Below, piece after piece: positions 8,117-16,612 of a stretch of DNA of 42,664 bases. Position numbers and translations under genes: made by a program. How positions within the stretch are numbered: position 1 is the first letter of the stretch; each line of letters begins with the position of its first letter. Origin of the DNA: a virus (Duplodnaviria > Caudoviricetes); IMG/VR virus record IMGVR_UViG_3300037515_000227, positions 1 through 42,664 of that record; one strand, written 5' to 3'. The notes below the pieces were generated by a model. It worked only from the letters and a program-made list of their open reading frames with translations. It did no database searches and was not told the origin of the DNA.

Positions 8117-8506
8117 ATGAGCGAGACGGTGATGCAGGGGATCGGGCTCCCCACATGGAACCTGGCCGACAAGCTCCGCAAGAGCCTGGAGCACGCCCAG
8201 GTCGAGACAGAGACGATGGCCGCGTACCTAGAGGTCCACCCGAACACGATTCGGAACTGGACCGCAGGACGCACCCGCCCGCCGGCATCGGCGGTCAAAC
8301 TGTGGGCGATGCGAACCGGCATCCCCTACGAATGGTTCAACCCAGAGGTCGCACAACCGGATATTCCGGGTCATACACGTAGACCTGCTGGTATACCAGC
8401 TCAACCCGCGACTCCCGGTCACGCGCCTGTCGAGAACGAAATCACCCGGCTGCGCAAACGCATTCCGCTCGTCCCGTTGGCCCTCGTTCTAAGGATCGCG
8501 TCATGA
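8117..8506 (+). CDS. Immunity repressor (XRE HTH)
   Basis: LADKLRKS..MAAYLEVHPNTIRNW..GRTRP..LWAMRTGIPYEW; divergent from cro-like gene, upstream of integrase. Confidence 0.87.
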   Translation: MSETVMQGIGLPTWNLADKLRKSLEHAQVETETMAAYLEVHPNTIRNWTAGRTRPPASAVKLWAMRTGIPYEWFNPEVAQPDIPGHTRRPAGIPAQPATPGHAPVENEITRLRKRIPLVPLALVLRIAS

Positions 8507-8763
8507 GCTACGCAATCAACCTGAAACAAGCAATGGCCGACGTCATGTTCGATCGTTGGGGCGGTGACGATGACTCCCGTGCCGAATATCTAGACGCCGC
8601 CACCTCGTTGCTGCTGTTGTTCGTCGAGCCTCATGGCGAGACCGTAGAGCAGGTAGCACAAGCGCTGGGGCACGACCACTGGGAAACGTACGGCGTATTG
8701 GCACCTGATGGCGAATACGAACGCCAGGCCAGGGCCGCACTGATGGCGCTCGGCGGCGCGTGA
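8503..8763 (+). CDS. Hypothetical acidic protein
   Basis: ATGA coupling to repressor stop. Confidence 0.65.
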   Translation: MSYAINLKQAMADVMFDRWGGDDDSRAEYLDAATSLLLLFVEPHGETVEQVAQALGHDHWETYGVLAPDGEYERQARAALMALGGA

Positions 8764-8824
8764 TGACTTCCGCCGAACCGGTCGCAACAGTCTCCGCGCT
8801 CGCGCTCGTCCTGAGGTTGGCGGC

Positions 8825-9277
8825 ATGAGCGAGCCGCTGAGCGACATCGCCGCGAACCTGGATCGGGTCGCGCGGCGTCCGCCCGTCACCAAGAGTGGCC
8901 GCGACAGTTACCGTCGTCGGCTGCGGCAGTACGTGCTGCGTCTCTACGGTGACGGCAGGCGCGTGCCGTGCGTGTTCTGCGGAGCGATGCTGAGTAACGA
9001 GTCGATGACGCTGGATCGGATTATTCCCGGCGCGAAGGGTGGCCGCTACACCCGCGACAATGTGCAGCCTGCGTGCGCACCGTGCAATCGGGATCGCGGG
9101 TCGGAGCCGGTCAACCTGGCTGACTGCCCGTACTGTGACCGGGCTTTTCCGGATGGCCAGCCGTACAAGCGGCACGTTGCTCAGCATGACAAGTCGGGGA
9201 CGCGGAAGTCGTCTCGGCGACGCAAGAAGAAGTGGGCCAATAGGCAAGCCGCGGCAACACAAGGGCGACCGTCATGA
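8825..9277 (+). CDS. HNH-family nuclease with C-terminal C2H2 finger
   Basis: CVFCG..TLDRIIP..GG..DNVQPACAPCN; CPYC..HVAQH. Confidence 0.82.
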   Translation: MSEPLSDIAANLDRVARRPPVTKSGRDSYRRRLRQYVLRLYGDGRRVPCVFCGAMLSNESMTLDRIIPGAKGGRYTRDNVQPACAPCNRDRGSEPVNLADCPYCDRAFPDGQPYKRHVAQHDKSGTRKSSRRRKKKWANRQAAATQGRPS

Positions 9278-10275
9278 TCCCCACCGATCACCCGACCCCC
9301 CGTGGCCCGAACGGCCGATCTTTACGCGCCGCTCTTCCAACAGTCCCAACTCAGGAGTACGGTGCCGACCCTGAGCCGAAGATCCCTGGGGGGGCGATCG
9401 ACGGCAGGGGGAGCATGTTCGGCCGGGGGGACCACACCGAGACATGGGCGGCAGCCATCGACGGCTGGACCGCCTCACTACGAGTCAGCAAATCACCGAC
9501 CACCATCCGCCAGCGCCGCTGGCAGCTGCGCAAGCTCGCCGAGGCGTACCCGCAGCGGCACCCGTTCAAGCTCAGCCTGGACGAGCTCGAGGCGTGGCTG
9601 GGCGGGCAGGACTGGAACGCCGAATCCCGCAAGTCGGCCCGCGGCGCAGTCCGCTCGTTCTACGCCTGGGCGGTCAAGACCGGGCGGGCCAAGCGGAACC
9701 CGGCCGAGAAGCTGGACCCGATCACTGTGCCGCGCCGGCTGCCGCGCCCGGCGTCCGACGCGGTGCTGCTGCGCGCCCTGGACGGCGCCGACGACCGGCT
9801 GAGTCTGATGCTGCTGCTCGCGGCGCAGGCCGGGCTGCGGGTGCACGAGATCGCCAAGCTGCGGTGGGACAGCATCGACGGCGACTGGCTCATCATCCGC
9901 GGTAAGCGCGGCACCGAGCGGCGGGTCGGCATCCCGGCCCGGCTGCTGGACGCCCTGGAAGCCGAACGGGAACGCCGCGCCACCGGGCACCTTGGTTCGG
10001 GCTTCCGGTACGGGCACGGCGACGCGGCCGAGTGGGTGTTCCCCGGCAAGCGCGGCGGCATGAACCCGACCTGGGTGTCGCAGGTCATCTCGCACGCCCT
10101 GGGCGACGGCACCACCGCGCACCAGCTGCGGCACCGCGCGGCGACCGTCGCGCTGGAAGGGACCAAGAACCTAGCCGCGGTGCAGGACTTCCTCGGCCAC
10201 GCTAAACCTGAGACCACCCGCATCTACGCGAGGGTCGGCGACGACGCACTGCGCGCCGTGGCCGACTCGCTATAG
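9274..10275 (+). CDS. int: Tyrosine integrase (no obvious arm-binding domain; start may be 9415)
   Basis: Catalytic R (GLRVHE), K (GKRG), HxxR (HQLRH), LGH, Y (TRIY). Confidence 0.95.
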   Translation: MIPTDHPTPRGPNGRSLRAALPTVPTQEYGADPEPKIPGGAIDGRGSMFGRGDHTETWAAAIDGWTASLRVSKSPTTIRQRRWQLRKLAEAYPQRHPFKLSLDELEAWLGGQDWNAESRKSARGAVRSFYAWAVKTGRAKRNPAEKLDPITVPRRLPRPASDAVLLRALDGADDRLSLMLLLAAQAGLRVHEIAKLRWDSIDGDWLIIRGKRGTERRVGIPARLLDALEAERERRATGHLGSGFRYGHGDAAEWVFPGKRGGMNPTWVSQVISHALGDGTTAHQLRHRAATVALEGTKNLAAVQDFLGHAKPETTRIYARVGDDALRAVADSL

Positions 10276-10278
10276 ACC

Positions 10279-10316
10279 CCTGCCGGCGGGTTGAGTTCCC
10301 CTCGCCCGCCGGCAGG
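10279..10316 (+). terminator. Stem-loop after integrase
   Basis: cctgccggcggg / cccgccggcagg 12-bp inverted repeat; no U tract. Confidence 0.5.
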
Positions 10317-10337
10317 CCAAAGCCAAGAGGGGCCGGT

Positions 10338-10609
10338 ATGAGAACGATCGGCGGCCACCGCAGTACTACCCCCAGCCGCAGCCCACCAACGGCTTGGCCG
10401 TCGCCGCGCTCGTGCTCGGCATCGTGTGGGCATTCTGGATCGGCTCGGCGCTGGCCATCGTGTTCGGCCACGTCGCGCTCGGCCAGATCCGTCAGCGCAA
10501 TCAGTCCGGTAAGGGCATGGCGGTGGCCGGGCTGGTCCTCGGCTACGTCGGCGCGGGAACGTTCGCGCTGTTCGTCGTGCTGCCGCTGCTACTGGGGGCG
10601 GGGGCATGA
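10338..10609 (+). CDS. DUF4190-like membrane protein, apparently frameshifted just after its ATG
   Basis: PPQYYPQPQPTNGLAVAALVLG..FGHVALGQIRQRNQSGKGMAVAGLVLGY; RBS-ATG at 10338 is one base out of frame. Confidence 0.75.
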
Positions 10610-10610
10610 G

Positions 10611-10814
10611 ATGAGCGACGCCCATGGTCACTACGACCTGACCGAATGGAAAGAAGCGATACGAGGGATGCCACGAATCTTTGAGTACAAGTTCCCGCTG
10701 CGCCCGACCCTGACGGTTTCGCTTTGGTTCCCGGACGATATGACCGAAGCCGATGCCGAGCGTGTCGCGGCATTTGTTCACAGCCTGGCCATGACGAAGG
10801 ACGAGAAGCGATGA
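10611..10814 (+). CDS. Hypothetical protein (MSDAHG...)
   Basis: Fits between neighbours; FPLRP..PDDMTEADAERVAAFV. Confidence 0.6.
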   Translation: MSDAHGHYDLTEWKEAIRGMPRIFEYKFPLRPTLTVSLWFPDDMTEADAERVAAFVHSLAMTKDEKR

Positions 10815-11476
10815 CCACCGCGACCCGCGGCCGTTACGCCGCCACCCGCAACCCGCTGCCGCGCCGCCTGCTGGCCGTCGCCGCCGCGCTGGCGTTCCTG
10901 GCCGCGCTCGGGCTGGCAGGGGCGCAGGCGGCCCGCGCCGCCGACTACGTGTCCGACCCGTATTACTGGGGCAAGCGGTTCGCCGGCACTTTGATCTGTG
11001 TCGACGATCGCACCAGCTCGAGCATTCAGGCGAACGTGCTGGACAGCGTGCGGGACTACCAGCGCAACACCGACCTGCGGATGTTCTACCAGCGCGGCCC
11101 CGGTGCGTGTGATTCGTTCGACGCCGAGATCGTCATCTACTCGCGGAACCTCGGCAAGACCAGTTGGGGTGCGCGGGAAGAGACGGCGCAATGCTCAGAG
11201 ACCCGGACGCGGCAGTGCTATGAATGGGGCCAGACCGAGAACGGCAACTGGACGTTCGTCCACCGCGACTACATCGTGGTGATGTTGAACACCTATTACC
11301 GTGGCATCGGGTCGGGCCATGTGATCCGGCACGAGATCGGGCACGCAGTCGGGTTGGGCCACCGCAGCGACACGTGTAAGTCGGTCATGTCGACGCGGGA
11401 CTGCTGGTCGGGCGGGTTCCTGTCCGGCGGGTCGAATGGCGACATCGGCGTGGTCAACCGGATCTACGCACAGTGA
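10811..11476 (+). CDS. Secreted metzincin zinc metalloprotease (matrixin-like)
   Basis: Signal peptide RRLL..AQAARA; HEIGHAVGLGH; Met-turn SVMS. Confidence 0.88.
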   Translation: MTTATRGRYAATRNPLPRRLLAVAAALAFLAALGLAGAQAARAADYVSDPYYWGKRFAGTLICVDDRTSSSIQANVLDSVRDYQRNTDLRMFYQRGPGACDSFDAEIVIYSRNLGKTSWGAREETAQCSETRTRQCYEWGQTENGNWTFVHRDYIVVMLNTYYRGIGSGHVIRHEIGHAVGLGHRSDTCKSVMSTRDCWSGGFLSGGSNGDIGVVNRIYAQ

Positions 11477-11486
11477 GGGGTGGAGC

Positions 11487-11600
11487 ATGACTGAGGAATC
11501 GCCATGGCCACGTATCTGTCGATGTTTAGAGATTGAGTGCGCCTGTGAATTGAGCGACCTCAAAATCTGGCACGCAAAGGAACGGGCCGATGACGAATGA
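11487..11600 (+). CDS. Small Cys-rich protein (MTEESPWPRICRC...)
   Basis: RBS-like GGAG; 37 aa, four Cys. Confidence 0.4.
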   Translation: MTEESPWPRICRCLEIECACELSDLKIWHAKERADDE

Positions 11601-11733
11601 CCGATACCACTGCCCACGTTGTCGTGATGAGATGCACGTCAAGTTCACGCGGTCCCACGAGATCATCTGCGCCTGGGTCACGCCAATTCATCAGCGTGAC
11701 GTTGAGACCTTCCTGGATGTGATGTTCCCATGA
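11590..11733 (+). CDS. Small protein (MTNDRYHCPRC...)
   Basis: 47 aa, ATGA coupling to next gene. Confidence 0.5.
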   Translation: MTNDRYHCPRCRDEMHVKFTRSHEIICAWVTPIHQRDVETFLDVMFP

Positions 11734-11990
11734 GACTGCCGCGCACTCTGCACCGCTTCTATGCCTGGGCACTCGACTACTTCTGGATCCCGTGCCAGCT
11801 GTGCGGGCGGTACTTTGGCGGCCACGAATGGCGAGAGATCGACGGCAAACCGGACAGCGTGCCGGACCCACGAGGTGGTGCGGACATCGGCCTGAGCAGA
11901 GCCATCTGTCCTAATTGCACAGCCGAAGGGCGAGGCCAGCGCCCGCGCATCATTCGGGACGACTCCGACAAAGTCGATCCCCAGACATAG
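11730..11990 (+). CDS. Hypothetical zinc-ribbon protein
   Basis: FWIPCQLCG..ICPNC. Confidence 0.6.
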   Translation: MRLPRTLHRFYAWALDYFWIPCQLCGRYFGGHEWREIDGKPDSVPDPRGGADIGLSRAICPNCTAEGRGQRPRIIRDDSDKVDPQT

Positions 11991-11996
11991 CAATGC

Positions 11997-12028
11997 GCCC
12001 CGCCGTCGCGTGAACGACGGCGGGGCTT
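11997..12028 (+). terminator. Stem-loop, possible intrinsic terminator
   Basis: gccccgccgtcg / cgacggcggggc. Confidence 0.55.
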
Positions 12029-12051
12029 ACGGCCACACAACCTAGGAGGGC

Positions 12052-12294
12052 ATGGCCGCGATGGAGAGATTACTGCCGCCGACGGCGCACACGCTAGCGG
12101 CGAGGATCGAGGACCAGTTGCGGGAGTGGAATGCCCGCGACCCGGCGCGGCCGCGGTTCGAGACGCGCCGCGCCAACGAGCGGGCCTGTCGGCTGCTCGG
12201 TGACCTTATCGTGGTGCTGCAGAAGTTCCGGGATGAGTTGACCCGCGAGCTCGGCGAGTACGACGACGCGAGACGGAGGCTGGCACGTGGATGA
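12052..12294 (+). CDS. Hypothetical helical protein
   Basis: RBS AGGAGG. Confidence 0.65.
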   Translation: MAAMERLLPPTAHTLAARIEDQLREWNARDPARPRFETRRANERACRLLGDLIVVLQKFRDELTRELGEYDDARRRLARG

Positions 12295-12568
12295 CCTGGT
12301 GATGTTCGTACGGGCATGCCTGGACGAGGACGAGAGGGCTTGGGAGATGGTCGCCGCCCGTGGCGTAGTGCAACTGCTGCATGGCGAGCCGTTGGCGCCG
12401 CGCATGCTGGCCGACGTTGCGGCGAAGCGGGCGATCCTGGACCTGCATAAGAACATTGACGGGCTCTGTGATCGCTGCTACATGGATACGGCACCCTGCG
12501 AGACGGTGGGCCTGCTTGCCCAGCCGTACGCCGGGCGGCCGGGCTGGCGGGAGGAGTGGGCGACGTGA
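12287..12568 (+). CDS. DUF6221-like actinophage protein
   Basis: DLVxFVRAxLDEDE..RMLADVAAKRAIL..LLAQPYA..PGWREEW. Confidence 0.72.
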   Translation: MDDLVMFVRACLDEDERAWEMVAARGVVQLLHGEPLAPRMLADVAAKRAILDLHKNIDGLCDRCYMDTAPCETVGLLAQPYAGRPGWREEWAT

Positions 12569-12768
12569 GCGACTACAGCGACGCCGTGTTGACGGCCTTC
12601 CGTGAGTGGGACGGCTTGGTCTCTGGGGACCATGACCACCTAGCGGAATGTGGCGACACTCACATCTTCCAGATCACGAACCCGTTTCGTGGCAGACCAC
12701 TGTTCTGGATTCGCTGCGAGCACGCATTCACGGCCGAGTTTCAACTGAACCGGACGATCCGCCCCTGA
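12565..12768 (+). CDS. Hypothetical protein
   Basis: GTGA coupling. Confidence 0.55.
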   Translation: MSDYSDAVLTAFREWDGLVSGDHDHLAECGDTHIFQITNPFRGRPLFWIRCEHAFTAEFQLNRTIRP

Positions 12769-12810
12769 GCCCCGGCGGCGCCGCTTAGGGGGTGGCGTCG
12801 CCGGGCAAGC

Positions 12811-12854
12811 GAAAGCGGCCCCGCTCCCGTGGGAGGAGCGGGGCCTTTGTGTTG
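12811..12854. terminator. Bidirectional terminator where lysogeny and late operons converge
   Basis: gaaag-c-ggccccgctcc..ggagcggggcc-tttgtgttg. Confidence 0.75.
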
Positions 12855-12861
12855 TCGGGGA

Positions 12862-13023
12862 TCACTTGTCGCAGGCGGCGGGCTTGAACGCGGGGTCGTC
12901 GTTGCCGTGCTGGCCGGGGGCGCACTGGTTGCTGTTGCCCGGACCGGGGACGGCGTCGGCGATCGTGGCGCCGGAGCCGAGCACGATGAGGCTGAGCGCG
13001 GCGGCGGCGATGAGGCGCTTCAT
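12862..13023 (-). CDS. Small secreted peptide (53 aa)
   Basis: RBS GGAGGTG; MKRLIAAAALSLIVLGSGATIADA signal then VPGPGNSNQCAPGQHGNDDPAFKPAACDK. Confidence 0.7.
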   Translation of the reverse strand: MKRLIAAAALSLIVLGSGATIADAVPGPGNSNQCAPGQHGNDDPAFKPAACDK

Positions 13024-13132
13024 GGTTTTCACCTCCCCCCTTGTCGAGAGAAGGGGTGGGCCGCCGCCCGGCTCTGAGGGGGCCGAACCGGGCGGCGGCC
13101 TTCATACCGCCGCCTGGGGGGACGGGCGGCGT

Positions 13133-13435
13133 CTAGTACAGGTGCAGCGCCCCGGCGTCGATGACCGGCTTCTCCGGCGTGTCGTCCACCCGCACATACA
13201 CCCGGTAGCGGCCCACGCCGGGATCGAGGGCACCGGCGTCGGGGCCGACGAGGATGCGCGCCACCCGTGTGGTGGCGGCACTGCCGACCCACGCCCCGGC
13301 CGTCCACGTGGTGGCGTCCACCGGGGCGCTGGTGAGGATGGCGAACTCGACCGGCTGGGTGTTCAGGGTCACGTCGCTGGTGATGGTGGCCTCGACGTAT
13401 TCGGTGGATTCGGCCGGGCGGGAGATGTTGGGCAC
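13133..13435 (-). CDS. Small beta-rich virion-associated protein
   Basis: RBS GAGGAGG; last gene of the structural block. Confidence 0.65.
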   Translation of the reverse strand: MPNISRPAESTEYVEATITSDVTLNTQPVEFAILTSAPVDATTWTAGAWVGSAATTRVARILVGPDAGALDPGVGRYRVYVRVDDTPEKPVIDAGALHLY

Positions 13436-15135
13436 TAGTCCTCCTCGAGCGCGGCGGTCCACCGTGCGGCGGGCATGGTTGCGAGCGTGCCGGCGGCGAT
13501 GCTGGCGGCCCAGCGGGGCGCGGTGAGCGCCGCAGTGATGTCGATGTTGCGGAGTTCGCCGGCCTGCACAACCACCGTTGGGACGACGGTTGTCGCGTTG
13601 ACCGTTGCCGGGGTGATGAGCACGTCGCCGGTCGTGGTCACGGTCAGTGCTGGGAGGCTCGCCGTGGCCGCCACGGCGCTAGGCAGGATCGTCACCGATC
13701 CGGTTACGGTCGGCGCCGGGATGGTGGTCGTTGCGGCGGCCGTGGCCGCGGTGATGGTCTGCCCGGTGACGATGCCCGGGCTGCCGATGCTGACCGTTGC
13801 CGCGACGGTTGTCGGGACAACGGTTGCTGATCCGCCGGCGGACACGCCGGGCGTCGGAATCGATGCGGTCGAGGTTGTGGTGGCCGGTGAGACCGTCGAG
13901 CCTGCCGAGACCGTGGCCGATGGGACCGTAGTGGTGGCGGCGACGGTGACGGCCAGGATTGCCGACCCGGCGGAAACGGTCACCGCTGGCACTGTGGCGG
14001 TCGCTGAGACCACGCTAGGCTCGACCGTGGCCGAACCACCAACGGTAACCGTCGGTGCCCCTACGGACGCCACAGCGGCCACGGTGGCTGGCTGAACGGT
14101 CGAGCCGGTCGACACGGCGGCCGCGCCGATGGAGGCTGTGGCTGCGACGGTGGCCGGCGTGATGTTGGCGGCGCCGCCGGCCTCGACCGTCGGGGCACTG
14201 ATGGACGCTGATGCGGCTACCGTGGCCGCGGAGACGGTGACCCCGACACTGACAGTGACGGCGGGGATCAAGACCGCGGCGGCGACAGTCGCGGGCGTCG
14301 CCGTGGCGTCGCCGGAGGTTTCCGCCTCGGTGGTCGCCGAGACTACGGCGGACCATTCGGACACTTCCCGCACATGGGCTGCGGCGACAGTGGCCGTGGC
14401 CTGGACGGTGGCGGCGTTGACGGTGGCATCACCGCCGCCGACGGCCGCCCCGGTCCACGACTCGTCGGCGTCGCCCCACGTGGTGGACGACGATCCCCAC
14501 GCCCCGGCCGGCACGGGAACGATCACGGTCGGGGCAGGAATTGATGCCGTCGCCGCCACCGTCGCCGGCTCTACGGTGGCGTTGAGGGCCACGCCGGTGA
14601 CGGTGAGCGACGGATGTCCATTGGTCTCTACTGATGGTGCAGCGCCACCGATGAGGACCCGCAGCTCCACCGTGTCGTCGTTGGCGACGTCGGCGGAGCG
14701 GATCTGCACGCAGAACTCGACCTCGGAGTTGCCGGACGCGCCGAGCGAGATCGAGCCGACCGCACCGTCGACCTCGTCGAATGTACCGGCGACGAACGTG
14801 CCGCCCGAGCCGCCGGTCAACTGTGTCGTGGTCGCTGCATCGTCAGCGACGTTCGGCGATGCGGTCGCACGGACCACGCTGGACGAACCGGTTACATTGT
14901 TGAACCCGCCCGGGCTTCCCCCGGACGGGGTCAATTGATATTGCAGCTGTGGTGTCGTCCACGTACCGGCTGCGCCGGCAGTGTCGCCGCCGCGGAACCG
15001 CACCCGGAAGTTGACATCGGCGTCTTGCGACCAGATTGTGTTCTGCGCGGCGATCCAGTCGGTGGTGTTGGCCCCGGTGCCGGTGTCGTTCTTGCCACGC
15101 CACGCTGAGGTGGCAAACGAGAACATGGCTACCAT
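13435..15135 (-). CDS. Fibre-like protein with about 13 Ala/Thr/Val repeats
   Basis: N-terminal ~180-aa beta domain then TVxPATVAATASIxAPTV repeats. Confidence 0.75.
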   Translation of the reverse strand: MVAMFSFATSAWRGKNDTGTGANTTDWIAAQNTIWSQDADVNFRVRFRGGDTAGAAGTWTTPQLQYQLTPSGGSPGGFNNVTGSSSVVRATASPNVADDAATTTQLTGGSGGTFVAGTFDEVDGAVGSISLGASGNSEVEFCVQIRSADVANDDTVELRVLIGGAAPSVETNGHPSLTVTGVALNATVEPATVAATASIPAPTVIVPVPAGAWGSSSTTWGDADESWTGAAVGGGDATVNAATVQATATVAAAHVREVSEWSAVVSATTEAETSGDATATPATVAAAVLIPAVTVSVGVTVSAATVAASASISAPTVEAGGAANITPATVAATASIGAAAVSTGSTVQPATVAAVASVGAPTVTVGGSATVEPSVVSATATVPAVTVSAGSAILAVTVAATTTVPSATVSAGSTVSPATTTSTASIPTPGVSAGGSATVVPTTVAATVSIGSPGIVTGQTITAATAAATTTIPAPTVTGSVTILPSAVAATASLPALTVTTTGDVLITPATVNATTVVPTVVVQAGELRNIDITAALTAPRWAASIAAGTLATMPAARWTAALEED

Positions 15136-15473
15136 GGCCGCGCCTCCCGCTCGTCCCAGGCAGACTTATCGGGTAGTCTCGGGTCCTCTATCGCCCGCTT
15201 CATCACGGCCTCGAACTCGGCGCGCGGCAGGGATCGGCCGAACAGGACCCGCTTCCAGCCGGGGCGGGACAGGTAGTCCCAGAGGCCGAAGTGGTCGGCG
15301 CCGTACCACTGGTCGTCGTCGTACCAGTAGAAGTCGCGTTGTGAGTAGATGAACCGGCCGACAGTGGCGTCGGTGACCGCGACGGCCTGCACGTTCAGCG
15401 CGGGCGCCTGCGACGGGTCACCGTCCTCGTCAGACCATGTGGTGCCGTCTCCGTAGTACACCCGCCATCTCAT
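15129..15473 (-). CDS. Hypothetical aromatic-rich protein (MRWRVYY...)
   Basis: ATGA coupling; 114 aa. Confidence 0.65.
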   Translation of the reverse strand: MRWRVYYGDGTTWSDEDGDPSQAPALNVQAVAVTDATVGRFIYSQRDFYWYDDDQWYGADHFGLWDYLSRPGWKRVLFGRSLPRAEFEAVMKRAIEDPRLPDKSAWDEREARPW

Positions 15474-16600
15474 CGGACGGCTCGAATGCGGTAGTCGTAC
15501 TCGGTGGATGCGGCCAGGTCGGTGTCGTTGTACTGGGTGCCGGTCACGTCCTGGGCGATCACGGCACCGTCGCGTTCCACGTCGTAGCCGGTTGCGGCGA
15601 GCACGGCGTTCCAGTTGAGCTGGATCGCCGAGGATGACAGGGGCGTGGCGGTCAGCCCAGAGGGTGGCCCCCACAGCAGCGGCGCGGGGACCGAGGCCGT
15701 TGCCTGCACGGTGGGCGGCAGCAGTATGGCGTCCACGTCGCTGGATGCGCCTAGCCCGAGCTCGTCGACGTTGCCGAGCAGCGACGCGCCGACTGTGAAT
15801 GCTTGCGCCTCGTCGCCGGTTGTGACGAGGGCCGCGGGAATCGAGACGACGGCCGACACGGTCACGGCATCGACTGAGGCGTTCTCGCCCGCTGCGACGT
15901 GCCGGACGCGCAGGATACCCATGGCTCCGGCGGACGATGTGCCGGTGATGGTCAGCGCGCGGGTCGGCGCCACCGTCGGCGGCCCCGCGGTGACCGTGGC
16001 GTGCGTGCTGGTCAACCGCGCGTCGTCGCCCTGGGTGGTCCCTGCGTCGAAGTCTTCGGTGATCGTGCCGACCGTCAGCCCGGTGGCGGTCAACGTTCCC
16101 ACTGCGAACCCGGTGACCGAGTCGGTGCGCGCACCGGAAGGCAGCACCAGGTGATCGTCGGTAAGCCAGTCCGGGGTCCCGGCCATCGCCTCGGACCAGG
16201 ACGTTCCCGCGGTCTCCTCGGACAGCACATCCAGCACGGTCTCGTATGTGCCGGCCGCGCTTTTACGGAATACATAGATGGCGGCGGCGAGGAAGTTCCC
16301 CTGGCCGCCTGACTGACCGACGCTGGGCGCGGTGTCGCCGGCCTGAAGAACCCGCTCGAACACGGTGATGCGGATCTTGCCGACGTCGACGCCGGAGCCG
16401 GTGATGCCGCCCAGCCCGGTCCCTACTTGTGTCCAGCCGCTCGGCTCGGACGGGCCGTTCGTCTCAGTGCGGTGCTTGGACATGACGACCAGGCAGGCCA
16501 GGTCGTCGGCGGTCACCGAGTACCCCGAAGGAAACGCAGACGCGACACTATTTGCAGAAGCGGTGTAGCTAGTTGGTGTGCCGACCAGGGACAGCGTCAC
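15470..16600 (-). CDS. Minor structural protein with C-terminal fibronectin type III domain
   Basis: PPSGLTATPLSSSAIQLNW..ATGYDVER..YNDTDLAASTEYDYRIRAV. Confidence 0.8.
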   Translation of the reverse strand: MTLSLVGTPTSYTASANSVASAFPSGYSVTADDLACLVVMSKHRTETNGPSEPSGWTQVGTGLGGITGSGVDVGKIRITVFERVLQAGDTAPSVGQSGGQGNFLAAAIYVFRKSAAGTYETVLDVLSEETAGTSWSEAMAGTPDWLTDDHLVLPSGARTDSVTGFAVGTLTATGLTVGTITEDFDAGTTQGDDARLTSTHATVTAGPPTVAPTRALTITGTSSAGAMGILRVRHVAAGENASVDAVTVSAVVSIPAALVTTGDEAQAFTVGASLLGNVDELGLGASSDVDAILLPPTVQATASVPAPLLWGPPSGLTATPLSSSAIQLNWNAVLAATGYDVERDGAVIAQDVTGTQYNDTDLAASTEYDYRIRAVR

Positions 16601-16612
16601 GGCATCCCCCGA

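Noticed and set aside
8400-8425. aacccgcgactcccgg resembling a reverse-complement tRNA T-arm as att core
   Set aside because: Lacks the TCGAA/TTGAA motif and is too short to support; no tRNA gene was recognised anywhere in the window.
13475-14938. Two plus-strand Ala/Val/Thr-rich ORFs
   Set aside because: Mirror translations of the repeat protein's codons.
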